The notes below the pieces were generated by a model, which saw nothing but the letters and a program-made list of their open reading frames with translations, was not told the origin of the DNA and made no database searches. Made by a program: the position numbers and the translations under genes. A stretch of DNA of 55,586 bases, the filler included, from Catajapyx aquilonaris (taxonomy: Eukaryota): the NCBI GenBank assembly GCA_000934665.2. It is 2 parts of 2 records of this genome, joined end to end, with 100 filler letters (N's around TTAATTAATTAA, not from the genome) between each part and the next. Parts side by side here need not be neighbours in the genome. Positions count along the whole stretch, not along the records: positions 1 to 27,816 come from KZ539269.1; positions 27,917 to 55,586 come from JYFJ02005023.1. One strand, given 5' to 3'. Shown here in pieces: positions 27,261 to 39,850 of the stretch. The number at the start of each line of letters is the position of its first letter. The first letter of the stretch is position 1.

Positions 27261-27816
27261 GCTACTAGTAAGTAGTCCAGTAAGTAGTTTAGGTTGATTT
27301 AGTGATAGTTTATTGGCGCAACAGCAGCAATGGCTATACTGTGCCAGAGGTAGTTTAGGAAGGTACAGTAGGCTACTGTACTTACCTGAAACTTTTGCGC
27401 CTGTTTCGAGTCACATAAGTTTTGCATTAGCCCCGCTCGCCCCCTGCCAACCTCTTTCCCCCCCCCCCCCTCCCAGGGGGGCGCGCCCCCACCGGTTGAG
27501 AACCGTTTGTTAACCAGAGATGTGTTGATACAACGCATGTCGGAGTTTTCTGAAAGCCTCTGATTTTTTTCCTAACTTAACTCGTGTTGATACAACCGCA
27601 CCGGCCCTTAATGTTTAATACAAAAATCAAAAGATAACTAAAATAGGTCAATTCGAAGTTCTTGCCAAGTGTGGAATTTTGTTTAAAAAATTCACTGATG
27701 ATTTCTAAGTGGTGCCCACTGTCAGGAACCCCCACCTGCGGGGTCCCTGGCTCCGTACTAGCTCACGGGTTCAATCAAACACGGACACCGGATGAGGTAT
27801 AAATGTAACTGTATTT

Positions 27817-27916
27817 NNNNNNNNNNNNNNNNNNNNNNNNNNNNNNNNNNNNNNNNNNNNTTAATTAATTAANNNNNNNNNNNNNNNNNNNNNNNNNNNN
27901 NNNNNNNNNNNNNNNN
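27817..27916. other. Assembly gap with artificial TTAATTAATTAA linker
   Basis: 44 N + TTAATTAATTAA (stops in all six frames) + 44 N = 100 nt. Confidence 0.9.
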
Positions 27917-29793
27917 TCCTTTCACTAAATGTTTGTAAGATAACACATTAAAGAGGATGACAGAACTGAACCCACTGACTATTTACTGTGTGTACCTAAC
28001 CGCTCGGGTCACAGGACCAAACACGTTTGGGAATTCGGAAGGCACGTTTTACCCTTGGATTGAGATTCCTGGAAAAGAGTGTACTGTAACGTCAGTGCCG
28101 TCATCGTCATTGTTATGGTGACCGTTGTCTGCAGGTTGCAGCGGACCTTAGGATGATGGTTACCCACTCTTACTCTCCCTTACTTACGTATTTGTATCGT
28201 TGGGGCGATAGCAAGGGCGATAGTCCCTAAATAAGACCGTAGCATAGCATTTCAACAATGAATTTTTCAACATCTTCTTGTTACGTTTTTTTTTATTCCC
28301 CTAATAACTCACGTTCTGCTGTAGGTAGAGCTTCCAAATTTTGAACACATATCCCCACCGCCGTGAAATGGATTCCTACCATTTTATGGCTGCAAACTCA
28401 ATTCCTCTTCAAAATAGCCTCAAAATAAATTTAAAACTACTAAAATATTCGTGTTTGATTTTTTGCTCCATAAATATTCGGAATTGGGTTTCTTCATCAA
28501 AGGGACGAATGTGCATTCTGAAGTACCGCATGAAACGGCTCGTAAATATTAGCTAACTACTCAATCTGACCAGTAGGCAGGGATTTCTATTTTGAAATTA
28601 TTTTTTTAAAAACTAAACCCATCCACACAGACTTGGACATTTTCGCTCCTGAAAATGCAGAATCCATTAGAAATAGACCCTCTAAAATTCACCGATTGAT
28701 ACGCTTGAAATTACGTTTACATATGAAAAATTAAACATTGGATAGAGTTAAAATCAGCATCTAAAAGAGCTTAAATGTTTCCTGGCAATAATTATTCTCA
28801 CCAATCGCAATCGTACAGAAATTCAATGTGCTTAATATTGGAGTTCCTAATTTCAGAAATCACTTATGGAGTGGCTCATGGAAAATTAATGGGTGGAATT
28901 TTCGTTGTACTACTATTAACTATAGTTACTGCTAACTTAGCAGTATACCATTGCATTACACTGGTACTGGTAAGTTAGAAGTATGCCTAACTAGCTAGTA
29001 GGACGACGAAAATTCCACAAATTGTTTTCAGAAAGGAGACTTCATGAGCTGAAAATTGTAAACATTGCTTGAGTAAGACCTATGGTACAGCTTAAATCAA
29101 TATTGGTGAAGGTCTTACGTGGGCCTGCCTTGTTTCAGTAGACTACTTTCATTCCACCACGGAAGTCTTATACTCTTACTACCTTTTTTTCATTGAAGAT
29201 AATTGTTTTTGCTCTTATATCCATAATAATGATAAAGCATGTTGCATACATCTTAAAAGTATATTGGATATTTGCTTTTTTCCGCAATAACTGCCGCCTT
29301 TAATCTTGTGAAGAAGATATAGGCTATATACCGGTATTCTGAGAATGTGGGATTTCATAATTTAGTACACGATGACTTTGTACTGGTACCTTATACGAGT
29401 ATAATAAGTACGGTAGGTCTACACAGGTTTTACGACAGGATTAGATTCGAGCAAAGCAGGATCGTAATATTAAAAATCATAAAACGTGCCAATTATAGGC
29501 TTGGGAGAAGGGGAAACCTCCTTTTAGCAACGCTGTGACATACGCAGAAAATTATCGCAGTAGTCATTCTAGTGCAATAGCAATGAGAGTTGCTTACTTA
29601 ATATTTAATAACAAAGCTCCTAATTATTGACGATTTCGATCACCAGGTGTGTGGCATCGATATCGACATGTTCATGGCGTTTAGCTTATCCTGTTGCATC
29701 ATCATGGACATTGCGGCAACTATAGGAGGAGTTTTGTGTCGTAATATTATACTGTACTCGTTTCTGCTTTCCTAATGATTTGGCACAGGGCAT

Positions 29794-31833
29794 ATGATGG
29801 ACTATTCAGGTGCAACGCAGTGTGCGAAAAGCAGAGCAGGGCGTTCATCTAGTGTCTTTGGCATAGTAATAAGCCGTATGCCTAAAACAATGAAGATTCT
29901 TATTACCGTGCTAGTCGTATTTCTCGCAGTCAGAGTAACACCTGCCAATATTTTGATGACAGATACAAAAGTGAACGGACATGCCGAGTCACAGCTAATG
30001 TGGAGAGCCCTAAACAACGAACGAATTGTGAAGTGGGAATGCCCTATGGTGGTGAGTCACGACGTGGGAAAGTCCCTTCCTGCAAGTGTCCAGACACTTC
30101 TGGCCAATATATCCAGGGTGGGGAGACCCGTGCTCATCTCCAGATCAGAATCGAAAAGGACCTGGACCTGCGATGATTCGATTGAAAGAGGAGAATATGA
30201 TAGGGGAATGGAATTGGATTCCACATCAAAACAGGCCAAGTGCGCATTACACCTGGTTATGACCTGTGCCGATAATTATGAGGATGTCATGGATGTGCAC
30301 TTGGATCCAGAGGAGACCCTCACCGTGGCAAAAACCACTCGTGATCCGTTCGTCTTTTGGATCAGAGATTCGGATGACAGCAAATTCATGTCTGAAAAGC
30401 CTGCATCGAACATCAGGTTCAAGGTGTCCCTCATTCCAGGAGTTGACGACAGCATTCATGTCAATTCTGTTTGCCTTTTCTGCAATGGACATACCTTCGA
30501 CCACGTCATGTTCAATGCCACCACAAATGTTACATTGAACAGAGAGCTGTTTCGCGACACAACAAACGACTTCAGAGGTTTTACACTTGAAGGAATGCAT
30601 GACGATGAACTGGACAACACTATGTGCGGGCCATTTTTTCAATTCAGTGACTTTTGTTTTGTAGCAGACGCCCTGAACTTCAGATGGCATGCAATGGGCT
30701 TCGACGGGACTGAAGCCATGAAAAATATGAGCTATGCGATTCAGCTCCTTGATGATTTGAGGCAGGGAAAATTCTCATTTGCGCTACGCGCCGCGATAAT
30801 AGATATATTTTATGCTTCCGCTCACGTTGTGCCCAAAAACAGTGTACAGCGTATAACCTTTCTCGCCAGGACTCCTCGCGATTTGCACACTCCGCTCATC
30901 ATAGTGTATCCCTATGACACGTTATGTTGGTGTGCCTTAGGCATAGGGGTTTTTGTGTCCTTTTTGTTCCTGTGCGCATTTGCAAAGTTACAAATGGATG
31001 CTTTAGGAGCACGGTCTCCTTTTCGCATGGCATTGTACACCTTGAGATACCTTGGACCCACTCTCTTAGGACAATTCTCCGACAACCTTTCTGATGAGCC
31101 ATCATCTTCAAGGGCATTTGTATCTATGTGGATGTTTTTTGTTGTCATCGTTACAACCGGATACACGAGCAAACTCTATTACTTCATCACTTTCCCTCCA
31201 AAAGAGATAGTTCCCTCCAATTTCCAAGAATTGACGAATAATTCTAAGTTTAATGTCCTGATAGGGACTTTTCTTTTCGATGTTATTATGCAGGATTTGA
31301 CTGAGGATACGAGGCAGAATTACAAAACATTGTTCGATAAATGTACTAAAACTAGTAAAACACCATTCATGGATGAATGCATAAAGGACTTTATGCTCTA
31401 TGACAGAGTGTGCATGAGCCACGATAATGACTTGGAAGATATGTCTAACATAATTGACGCGTACGGGCAGGGCAACACGTTCATATCCACTGACACTTTC
31501 GCCTTAGCGCATACCGCAGTTCTTCTTACCAAAAACAGAGTGTATCAAGATAACATTGATTACTGGATGGGAATATATCACAGCACAGGTATTTCGACGA
31601 GGATAACCGCATTCGATTATCACATGGAGATGTTGAGAAAGTTCAAGAGGAGGCGAGAGGCTGGGATAGTGGACGAGGACAATGTGGCCATCACTTTGGA
31701 AAGCCTCGGGGGAGCTTTCTGTATTATTGTCGCTGGTAGTGTGCTCTCTTCCGTTGCATTCTTGGCGGAAATATTAGTTAATAAGTTCATGGTACGCTGT
31801 GCTAAAAACCGGCCCTCTCCATTTTTAAAGTAA
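29794..31833 (+). CDS. Divergent ionotropic receptor (variant iGluR chemoreceptor), intact, intronless (copy A1; start may be 29878 or 29890)
   Basis: 679-aa ORF: signal peptide MKILITVLVVFLAVRVTPA, S1/M1 boundary IIVYPYDTLCW, pore LLGQ, M3 SSRAFVSMWMFFVVIVTTGYTSKLYYFITFP, S2 lobe, M4 ITLESLGGAFCIIVAG. Confidence 0.9.
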   Translation: MMDYSGATQCAKSRAGRSSSVFGIVISRMPKTMKILITVLVVFLAVRVTPANILMTDTKVNGHAESQLMWRALNNERIVKWECPMVVSHDVGKSLPASVQTLLANISRVGRPVLISRSESKRTWTCDDSIERGEYDRGMELDSTSKQAKCALHLVMTCADNYEDVMDVHLDPEETLTVAKTTRDPFVFWIRDSDDSKFMSEKPASNIRFKVSLIPGVDDSIHVNSVCLFCNGHTFDHVMFNATTNVTLNRELFRDTTNDFRGFTLEGMHDDELDNTMCGPFFQFSDFCFVADALNFRWHAMGFDGTEAMKNMSYAIQLLDDLRQGKFSFALRAAIIDIFYASAHVVPKNSVQRITFLARTPRDLHTPLIIVYPYDTLCWCALGIGVFVSFLFLCAFAKLQMDALGARSPFRMALYTLRYLGPTLLGQFSDNLSDEPSSSRAFVSMWMFFVVIVTTGYTSKLYYFITFPPKEIVPSNFQELTNNSKFNVLIGTFLFDVIMQDLTEDTRQNYKTLFDKCTKTSKTPFMDECIKDFMLYDRVCMSHDNDLEDMSNIIDAYGQGNTFISTDTFALAHTAVLLTKNRVYQDNIDYWMGIYHSTGISTRITAFDYHMEMLRKFKRRREAGIVDEDNVAITLESLGGAFCIIVAGSVLSSVAFLAEILVNKFMVRCAKNRPSPFLK

Positions 31834-32545
31834 GTAACGTATGTATACGTAATTCATTATGCCCGTTTAACATCTTTAATAAGAAGATTAACTGACGAAT
31901 ATATACAAAAAGACCTTGCAGATTAAAATAAGTATACTAGATAATTATGTGAATTATGTACCAGATAATTATTATTTAAAAGAATGTTATTTCAATCACA
32001 ACCTTCCTATCAGTATTACAGGAATGTTGATGAACCTACGGAATGACTCCAAAAATATCTGGATTAAATTATAGATTGTGCGGTAAATTGCTGGTATCTT
32101 TAGCACTCAGACGTGCCTGGTGTTCGTCCTCAGTCTCTTGGTCCCTTCTTTGCTGAACTCTACGTGTACGCGATGAGCTTCTGCCAATACTATATACGTT
32201 TTTGGGCCAATCTTAAACTGGGTGTGGTGTTGATATTGATAATGGTCACCAGTTGGGTGCAGCCACTGGGTTCAGTGGGGCTTAACGTCGGCCTATTTCT
32301 GCCTCTAATCATGCTCAACACCGATGCCAATGCCTTGTACAAGGTTACTGAGTATTGACAAGTTCAATTACAAGTCTGTACATCGATATCGACATTTTCA
32401 CTGTGTCAGCGTATTAAATGCGTGAATTCAAAAGCACTTTTGTCTTATTTCATATATGATGGATGTTTCCGCACTCATAATGAGTTGACATAACGGACTG
32501 TCGGAAAGCAGTCTGGACATAGAGCAGTGCCAAGTTGACATAGCA

Positions 32546-34509
32546 ATGGGTATGCGTACAATTATGATGATTCATATTAGTACTTGGCTAGTAATTCTCG
32601 CATTCAGAGTTACATCTGCCAGCATTTCTATGACAGACCAGACGGTGAACGGCCATGCCGAGTCTCAGTTCGTGTGGAGAGCATTCAACAATGAGAGGGT
32701 TGTGGAGCTGGAATGTCCTTTGATGGTGAGTCATGACGTGGGAAAGGCCCTTCCTGCAAGTGTCCGTCCAGACACTTCTGGCCAACATGTCCAGAGTGGG
32801 GAGACCCGTGCTCATCTCCAGATCAGAATCAAAAAGCACCTGGACCTGCGTTGATTCAGTGAAAGGAGAAGTATATGGAGGGATGGATGTGGAATCTGCA
32901 TCGAAGCAAGCCAAGTGCTCAGTACACCTGGTCGTAACGTGTGCAGACAACTACGAGGATGTCATGGAAGCACATTTGGATCCAGATGTGGCCCTGATAG
33001 TGGCAAAAAGCACTCACGACCCCTTCGTCTTTTGGATCAGGGATTCGGATGGCAACGAATTCCTGGCCGAAACCCCCGCTTCGAACATCAAGTTGAAGGT
33101 GTCCCTCACTGCTGGCTGGAGATGAAAATAGTATTCAGGTCAATTCAGTATGCCTTTTCTGCGATGGACCTACCTTCGACCATGTCATGTTCAATGTGAC
33201 CACAAATGTTACATTGGACAAATATCTGTTTCGAAACACAGCAAACGATCTGGGTGGTTTGAAACTTGAAGGATTGTATCTCCGTGAAATGGACGACACT
33301 ATGTGCGATCCATATTTTCATTTCGCTGACATTTGTTTTATTGCCGAAGCCCTAAACTTCAAGTGGCATGTCAGCATCATCGACGTAGTTCAATTTATGA
33401 AAAATATGAGCCACGCTGCTCTGGTGTTGGAAGATTACAGGCAAGGGAAACTCTCATTTGCGCCATTCTCCCCAATGCTTACAATTTTTCACGCCGTATT
33501 TCACATTGTACCCAAGCACAATCCACTTCGTTTAACATTTCTCGCCAGAACTCCTCGCGAATTGCAAACGCCGCTCATCATAGTGTATCCCTATGACACG
33601 TTATGCTGGTGTACATTTGGCATTGCGTTTTTTCTGTCTGGCTTATTCCTGTGTGCTTTTGCAAAGTTTCAGTTTGAAGTGATAGGATCACAGTCTCCTT
33701 TTCGTTCAGCAGTGTACACCTTGAAATATCTAGGACGATCTTTCATCGGACAATTCTTAAACGACCTTAGTGACGAGCCATCATCTTCAAGGATGTTTGG
33801 ATTGATGCGGATGTTCTTCGTTCTCATAGTTACAACCGGGTACACGAGCAAGCTCTATTACTTCATAGCTTTCCCTGCAAAGGAGACAGTCCCCTCCAAT
33901 TTCCAGGAACTCATGGATTCCGAGTATGACGTTTTGATCGTAGAATTTCTTTACGAGGCAATGATGAAGGATGTGGACGAAGATATGCGACAGAAATACG
34001 CGCCATTGATCGAAAAATTTACTGAAGTACTGGTCATGCAAGAATGTGGCCAGGATTTCATGCTCTATGACAGAGTATGCATGGGATCCGAAGTTCGCTT
34101 ACACAACATGTCTCACGACATCGACCTGTACGGCCAAGGCAACACGTTCATTTCCACTGACAGCCTGGCCCTAGTGTACAACGCAGCTCTTCTTGCCAAA
34201 GACAGAGTCTACCAGGACAACTTTGATTATTGGATGGGAATATATCACACCACTGGCCTTTCGACGAGGATAACCGCATACAAAAATCACATGCAGATGC
34301 TGCAGAAGTTCAGGAGGAGGCGAGAGGATGGCATAGTGGAAGAGGAAAATGTGGCCATCTCTTTGGAAAGTGTAGGTAGGGCTTTCTGTCTTGTTGTCGT
34401 TGGTAGTGCAGCTTCTGTAGCTGCGTTTTTGGAAGAAGTTATAGTTCACAAGTACCGGCATTTAAAGCGCAGCACAACTATAAGCCATCCATACCCATTT
34501 TTTAAATAA
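32546..34509 (+). pseudogene. Divergent ionotropic receptor pseudogene (copy B1)
   Basis: Full-length paralog of A1 split over three ORFs by two +4 tandem duplications (GTCCGTCC 32762-32769; GCTGGCTG 33111-33118) that are absent from the paralogs. Confidence 0.88.
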
Positions 34510-35205
34510 ATTCTTATTAAATCTGCACAATCATGTAACATGTTTTGTAAAATCCTGCTATTCGTATCCTGGGGCTATGCAACCATTATTACTCTGTCCA
34601 TAAGAATCAATGAAAAGAAAATAATAAATCTAAAGTGCTAGTAGTTATGGGATTGCATTGCCCCAGTGTAGAGTACGAGTATACGTTACACAAAAATATG
34701 TATTTGACAGGCATCGCAGTTCCAACTTGGTCTGTAACTCTGTCTTCACTAAGTAGTCGTATATTTATTTATTTTTCTTACTCGTAAGTAGCTACGGATT
34801 GATAAAAATTGTTGCTGGGTAATTTATTTTATTGCCCAAAAACCGCCGCGTCGCGCACTGCGGCATACTGTATAATTATGATAGACATGATTGTACATTT
34901 ACTCCTGGAAAATCTGTTATCACAACTGATTATATTCAGTATTGTACGTTTCGTATTTAAAATATCACCTTGACGAGTTCGGTTAAAAATAAAGGTTGAG
35001 AAAAAGCTGGAATTGGCAAGTAAGGTGAGTTATGGAAGGCGTGCAACATGAGTGCAACATGCTGGGAAACATTTCGTGGAGGATATTAAAACTGAACAAA
35101 GGCCCTGGGTTATTTCATATGGTCCACTTCCCTCCTGCTCTTAGAGGTCTAAGCATTAGATTATTGATGTGTCAAAATTATGCATCTGGCAATAAGCTGC
35201 ATGTA

Positions 35206-35556
35206 CAGGGTGATCAAACTTTTTTGTCGTTTTAGTTATTGACAAATTCGGCATAAGCTGCTTATGTTTAGCCCGTTACCTGGCAACCCCGCCCGGCGGG
35301 CCAATTCAAACATTGGCACATGGAGAGCGCTTCCATTGTTGCCACTGTTTACAAATCGAGTGAGTGATCGTCCGCGTCACTCACTCGATTTGTAAACAGT
35401 GGCNGATTTGTAAACAGTGGCGACAATGGAAGCGCTCTCCATGTGCCAATATTTGAATTGGCCCGCCGGGCGGGGTTGCCAGGTAACGGGCTAAATATAA
35501 GCAGCTTATGCCAAATTTGTCAATAACTAAAACGACAAAAAAGTTTGATCACCCTG
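35206..35556. mobile_element. Tc1/mariner-type palindromic MITE
   Basis: TA|CAGGGTGATC...GATCACCCTG|TA, nearly fully self-complementary. Confidence 0.9.
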
Positions 35557-35899
35557 TATACCTATACTCGTATGTCTATGTGTACACCCATTTTTGAAAA
35601 TAAAATTGATGGTTGTCGAGCCACAAATATTCCGATTATTATTATTACTGAACAGTCTGGAGGGTGTGTAATGACCAGCTATACAGTGTACAGTACATTA
35701 CAAGCAATGACCACTATAAAAAGGGGGCGAGTAGGGACAATATATTGGACTTTGGTTAACCATTATGAATACTGCCTTACACATTTTTGACTTAAATATA
35801 CTATACTGAAATTATCTAAATTCATTATTTTTAATGAATAGATTTATTTTTAAAAATAGACAATTATATTGGATCATTATCCGCATGACAAGTGATATA

Positions 35900-36275
35900 C
35901 AGGGTGGTCCAACTTTTTTGTCCGAACAGCTATTGACAAATTCGGCCTAAGCTGCTTATGTTGTAGTGCGTTACCTGGCAACCCTGTCCGGCGGGCCAAT
36001 TCCAACATCAGCCCATGGAGACTGCTTCCATTGTTGCCACTGTTTACTAATTGAGTGAGTGACGCGGATGACCCAGCGACGGGTCTCTTCTGCCTGCGCA
36101 CTCACTCACTCGATTTGTAAACAGTGGCAACAATGGAAGCGCTATCCATGGGCTGATGTTTGAATTGGCCCGCCGGACAGGGTTGCCAGGTAACGCACTA
36201 CAACATAAGCAGCTTAGGCCGAATTTGTCAATAGCTGCGTGATAGCTGTTCGGACAAAAAAGTTGGACCACCCTG
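35900..36275. mobile_element. Tc1/mariner-type palindromic MITE, same family as 35206-35556
   Basis: TA|CAGGGTGGTCC...GGACCACCCTG|TA; arms homologous to the neighbouring copy. Confidence 0.9.
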
Positions 36276-36740
36276 TATAAGTGCTAGTATTGCATACGTT
36301 AAGTGTTCTGCTGACCATTCCAATTATCTGACATTACTTTATAATCTGGTACCGTGGTACACTTTATCTGATTTGTCTTCATTTTGTGACAGTTGATTTT
36401 CAGAATACTAAACAGTCATTTGGTCATTTTAAATTAATAAAGCGTCAGCCTCTTGTAGTCTAGTTCTGAACTCTATATAGCCTACACAGTATATATGCCT
36501 TGGCTTCATTTTATAACTTAGGTGAAGATGGATTTCAAATTTGAATACTTCCACTGTAATAACATTTGAATTAAAACAACTTCTAAAAAAACAATATTGT
36601 AAACATTAAATACATTGAGATTACAATTTTCCTGGCGTGCTTCCCCAAAATATGATCAGTCTTTAACACACCTGAACACACTCTCACATACGAATCGCTA
36701 TCCAAGCTGTGGGTGGAGATATAATGTTACTCAAGAATCC

Positions 36741-39700
36741 TCATATCAGTTCCTTCCCTGTAACACTTTCCACAGGTGACCTTAAAGTGTTGCGACTGTC
36801 ATTGTTAACTACATGGCAAGACATGTGTTCTTTCATCTTTACATATTGGGCATACCTAGCGCCACAAACAACACAAACATGAGGTTTACTTTCCATGTGA
36901 ACAGTCTTCAGATGCAAGTTGAGAGAACTACTTCGTGAAAAACATCTTTCACACACTTCACACTTAAAAGGCTTTTCCCCAGTGTGAACTCTCATGTGGA
37001 CATTAAAAGTGAACTTATCCTTCGCAATGTATGAACACTCTAAACATTTTATGCCAGGCCGTGCTCTATTCTTATTACACATAATTTTTGGAGGTCTACC
37101 CCTAACAGGTAAAATAGGTTCACTCTCATGGCTCCCCCCATATGAGGCAGTCCAGCTGGCAATAGGCATTTTTTCTCTGGAACCCAGTTTTATATCCTTG
37201 CTCCTCCAAGCTCTCAGATTCTCCTGAGAACTGAAGGAAGCCGCAAGGGAAGTCGGCGAGGAAAGTGTTGTGCCGCTGACCCCACACTGGAAAAAAAGGC
37301 TCAAGATATTTTCCACTTTTGATTATAACTGTAATAAAAATATCCTAAAATTAAATATCGCTTTCAACATATTGTGAATAGTATAGAGTATATGAGAAGT
37401 TTTACCTGTCGTGACTTGCAATTCAAAAATATCTCTGATTCAGACAGATGCATGACACATAGTCAGAGGAGCCAACAAGTACACCAATTTATTCTCAACT
37501 TCATTGTAACCAATTATTTTCTGCTTAATGGCAAACAGTTAAGTACGTAAGTTTTTGTCAACAAGTGTTATTTCTGGTTAGATTCACTCTGTACAATGTG
37601 AATTTAATCAATGTGATTTTAGGTCACCATCAGACACTCTTTGATACTGACAATCAGTGATATCAGATATTGCCTGATGCAGATTATTGGTGCTCCGAAA
37701 CTTCTGTCCACACACCACACACCATAAGCCCACTCTGTCTAATGCCCTCGACTTTTGATCCACTACTGAACTAGAATCAGTTCCATTCTCCAGCTGTAGG
37801 TTATTCATTCTCTCACTCCCTCTTCCTCTTGAGGCAACTGTGCACTCAAGTTGGCCACCCGCATCCCTCGTTGCTTTCTTGTCATTACCCCCAAAAGGAC
37901 TGCTAACTCTCTTCCTAAACATTCCATGATGCTGAGTACTCGCACTCTTCTCTGCTTGTTGCTTTCCGCAATCCTGAAGTTAAAACATGCAATTAGTATA
38001 CACTTGTTACTGGATCATACTAGATGACTACTGCAAAACTTAGTTTCATATGGGCCTGGAGTGCTCAGCAACCAAATGTATGTGTTATTATGAGAGCATT
38101 ATTTAGAGGCACCATAAAAATGAGACGAATAAAATACCATTTCCATTAGTCAAAGTGTTTACACACATTATATAAAAATTTAATTTCTTTACATGAAGAT
38201 ACCTATTCACAGAAATCGAATGATTTTCTAGAGATTAAATAATTTTTGCTGTAGCCTACTCTTTCATTTCTTAAACTGCATCTTTGTGGTTGAAGTTTCA
38301 CATCTACTCTGGATGATACACAGCTGAATGTGCACCAGACTGAATAGTGAGTTTTCACTTACAGTGAGTGTGTAACTTCAAAGTTCACAACTGCAAAACC
38401 ACAAAATTCTACCTGCGGCCACAAAGTACAACGTAATTAATATACAGGGTGTTTATTGTAACTCTGCAAAGACTTTCAGGGGTAATAGAGGGGACCAAGA
38501 CAAGTATTTTTGACATAGGAACCCGTGTCCGGAAACGCCATCTAGAGGGGGTTCATAGACAAGGAACGGGTGCGCTCAGACGCGTCACGCGATAGGCGCT
38601 AGTCGAGCGGACTGTTTTGTTGATAGGTGGCGCGCAGTTGTTGCCAGGTTATGGCGTATCGCGTCGTTGTAAGTAAACAACAACGCGATATGCCATAACC
38701 TGGCAACGAAAGACCCGCTGTTGACTATCCGCGCATCTCCTAGAAGGCGGACTTTAGTTGCTAGATGGCTCTGCTGTGGCCAGGTTATGGCACATCGCAT
38801 CGTTGGTTACTATCCGAGCGCCATCTATCAACAAAACAGTCCGCTCGCCTAGCGCCTCCCGCATGAAGCGTCTGAGCGCACCCGTTCCTTGTCTATGAAC
38901 CCCCTCTAGATGGCGTTTCCGGACACGGGTTCCTATGTCAAAAATACTTGTCTTGGTCCCCTCTATTACCCCTGAAAGTCTTTGCAGAGTTACAATGAAC
39001 ACCCTGTATCTGGTGCATCACACTATTAAAGGGCCGTTTTCTCGAACAGTGGTTCAAATGTAAACAGAGTTCAAAGCCAGTTTAATCCCTGATTTGATTG
39101 TTGTTAGGCTGTTGTCAAGGGTTTAAACCGGCTTTGAACTGGCTTTACATTTGAACCACCATTCGAGAAAATGACCCGAAGTTTCAGAAGAAACCACCCC
39201 TATACAACCTGTATCGCGGGGTACAACAAATAAATTTAAAAAATAATACCGGTAATAATAATAAAAAATTGTAGCTAGTTATTACATGCGGAGAGCCTCA
39301 CCAAAACATCCACATTATTGGCCACCTCTATTTCCTGGGTAAAATCTCCACCACCTGCACATGAACTACCATCCAATGTACTGTGTTGATTGGAGTGGAT
39401 TTGAAGGCTGTCCTCCATTTGGCAATAACTTGGTGGATTATGCTCAGAGTCTGAAAAAGAATCAAAGATGCATTATTCCTCAACATACATTCGTAACTGA
39501 TGAGCTGCATCTGATTTTGTTTCAATTAACCAAAAAAAAAATATACATCCATGAATAATTTCTCTATTATCCGAATAAGTTGGATAAACCAAATCCGTGC
39601 AAAGGTATGCTGTACCCGTTTTGAATAAGCCTCTGAGCAACTCACACACACTCATTTCTCCAGCTCTTTCCTTCCTCAGCAAGCCCTCAATCCTGGCTAC

Positions 39701-39808
39701 CCTCCCGCATATCTCCTCCACCTTCCTCTCCAGCGTGTCCGCCTGGACCACCCGCCTCTCCAGCAGGCGGCACATCCGAAGCAGAAGTGTTTCATGCCCT
39801 CCTTCCAT
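36741..39808 (-). CDS. C2H2 zinc-finger protein with N-terminal coiled-coil (exons ~39808-39646, 39450-39302, 37286-36741)
   Basis: Terminal exon encodes three C2H2 fingers with a TGEKPF linker after the acceptor TTTTTTTCCAG (phase 0). Exon 1 is heptad-like ([19 protein letters not shown]) with a phase-1 GTGAGT donor. Exon 2 is open, phase 1 in and phase 0 out (GTGAGG). Confidence 0.8.
37608..37973 (-). CDS. Candidate alternative terminal (or internal) exon of the zinc-finger gene with a degenerate finger
   Basis: Phase-0 acceptor TTTTAACTTCAG opens 121 codons DCGKQQ...[16 protein letters not shown]...; compatible with the phase-0 donor at 39302. Confidence 0.55.
   Translation of the reverse strand, partial: DCGKQQAEKSASTQHHGMFRKRVSSPFGGNDKKATRDAGGQLECTVASRGRGSERMNNLQLENGTDSSSVVDQKSRALDRVGLWCVVCGQKFRSTNNLHQAISDITDCQYQRVSDGDLKSH
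38445..39006. mobile_element. Tc1/mariner-type palindromic MITE in a zinc-finger gene intron
   Basis: TA|CAGGGTGTTTATTGTAAC...GTTACAATGAACACCCTG|TA with >180-bp arms. Confidence 0.9.
39030..39177. mobile_element. Small Harbinger-like MITE
   Basis: GGGCCGTTTTCTCGAA..GTGGTTCAAATGTAAA pairs with TTTACATTTGAACCAC..TTCGAGAAAATGACCC. Confidence 0.65.
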
Positions 39809-39850
39809 CTCTCAACAAGAAAAGGGCAAACTCAAACAATGAGAAGTGAT

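Noticed and set aside
27861..27872. TTAATTAATTAA palindrome between N runs
   Set aside because: Symmetric placement in a 100-nt gap with stops in all six frames indicates an artificial scaffolding linker.
35385..35421. Tandem duplication GATTTGTAAACAGTGGC inside a MITE
   Set aside because: The two copies are separated by a single N, which points to an unmerged contig overlap.
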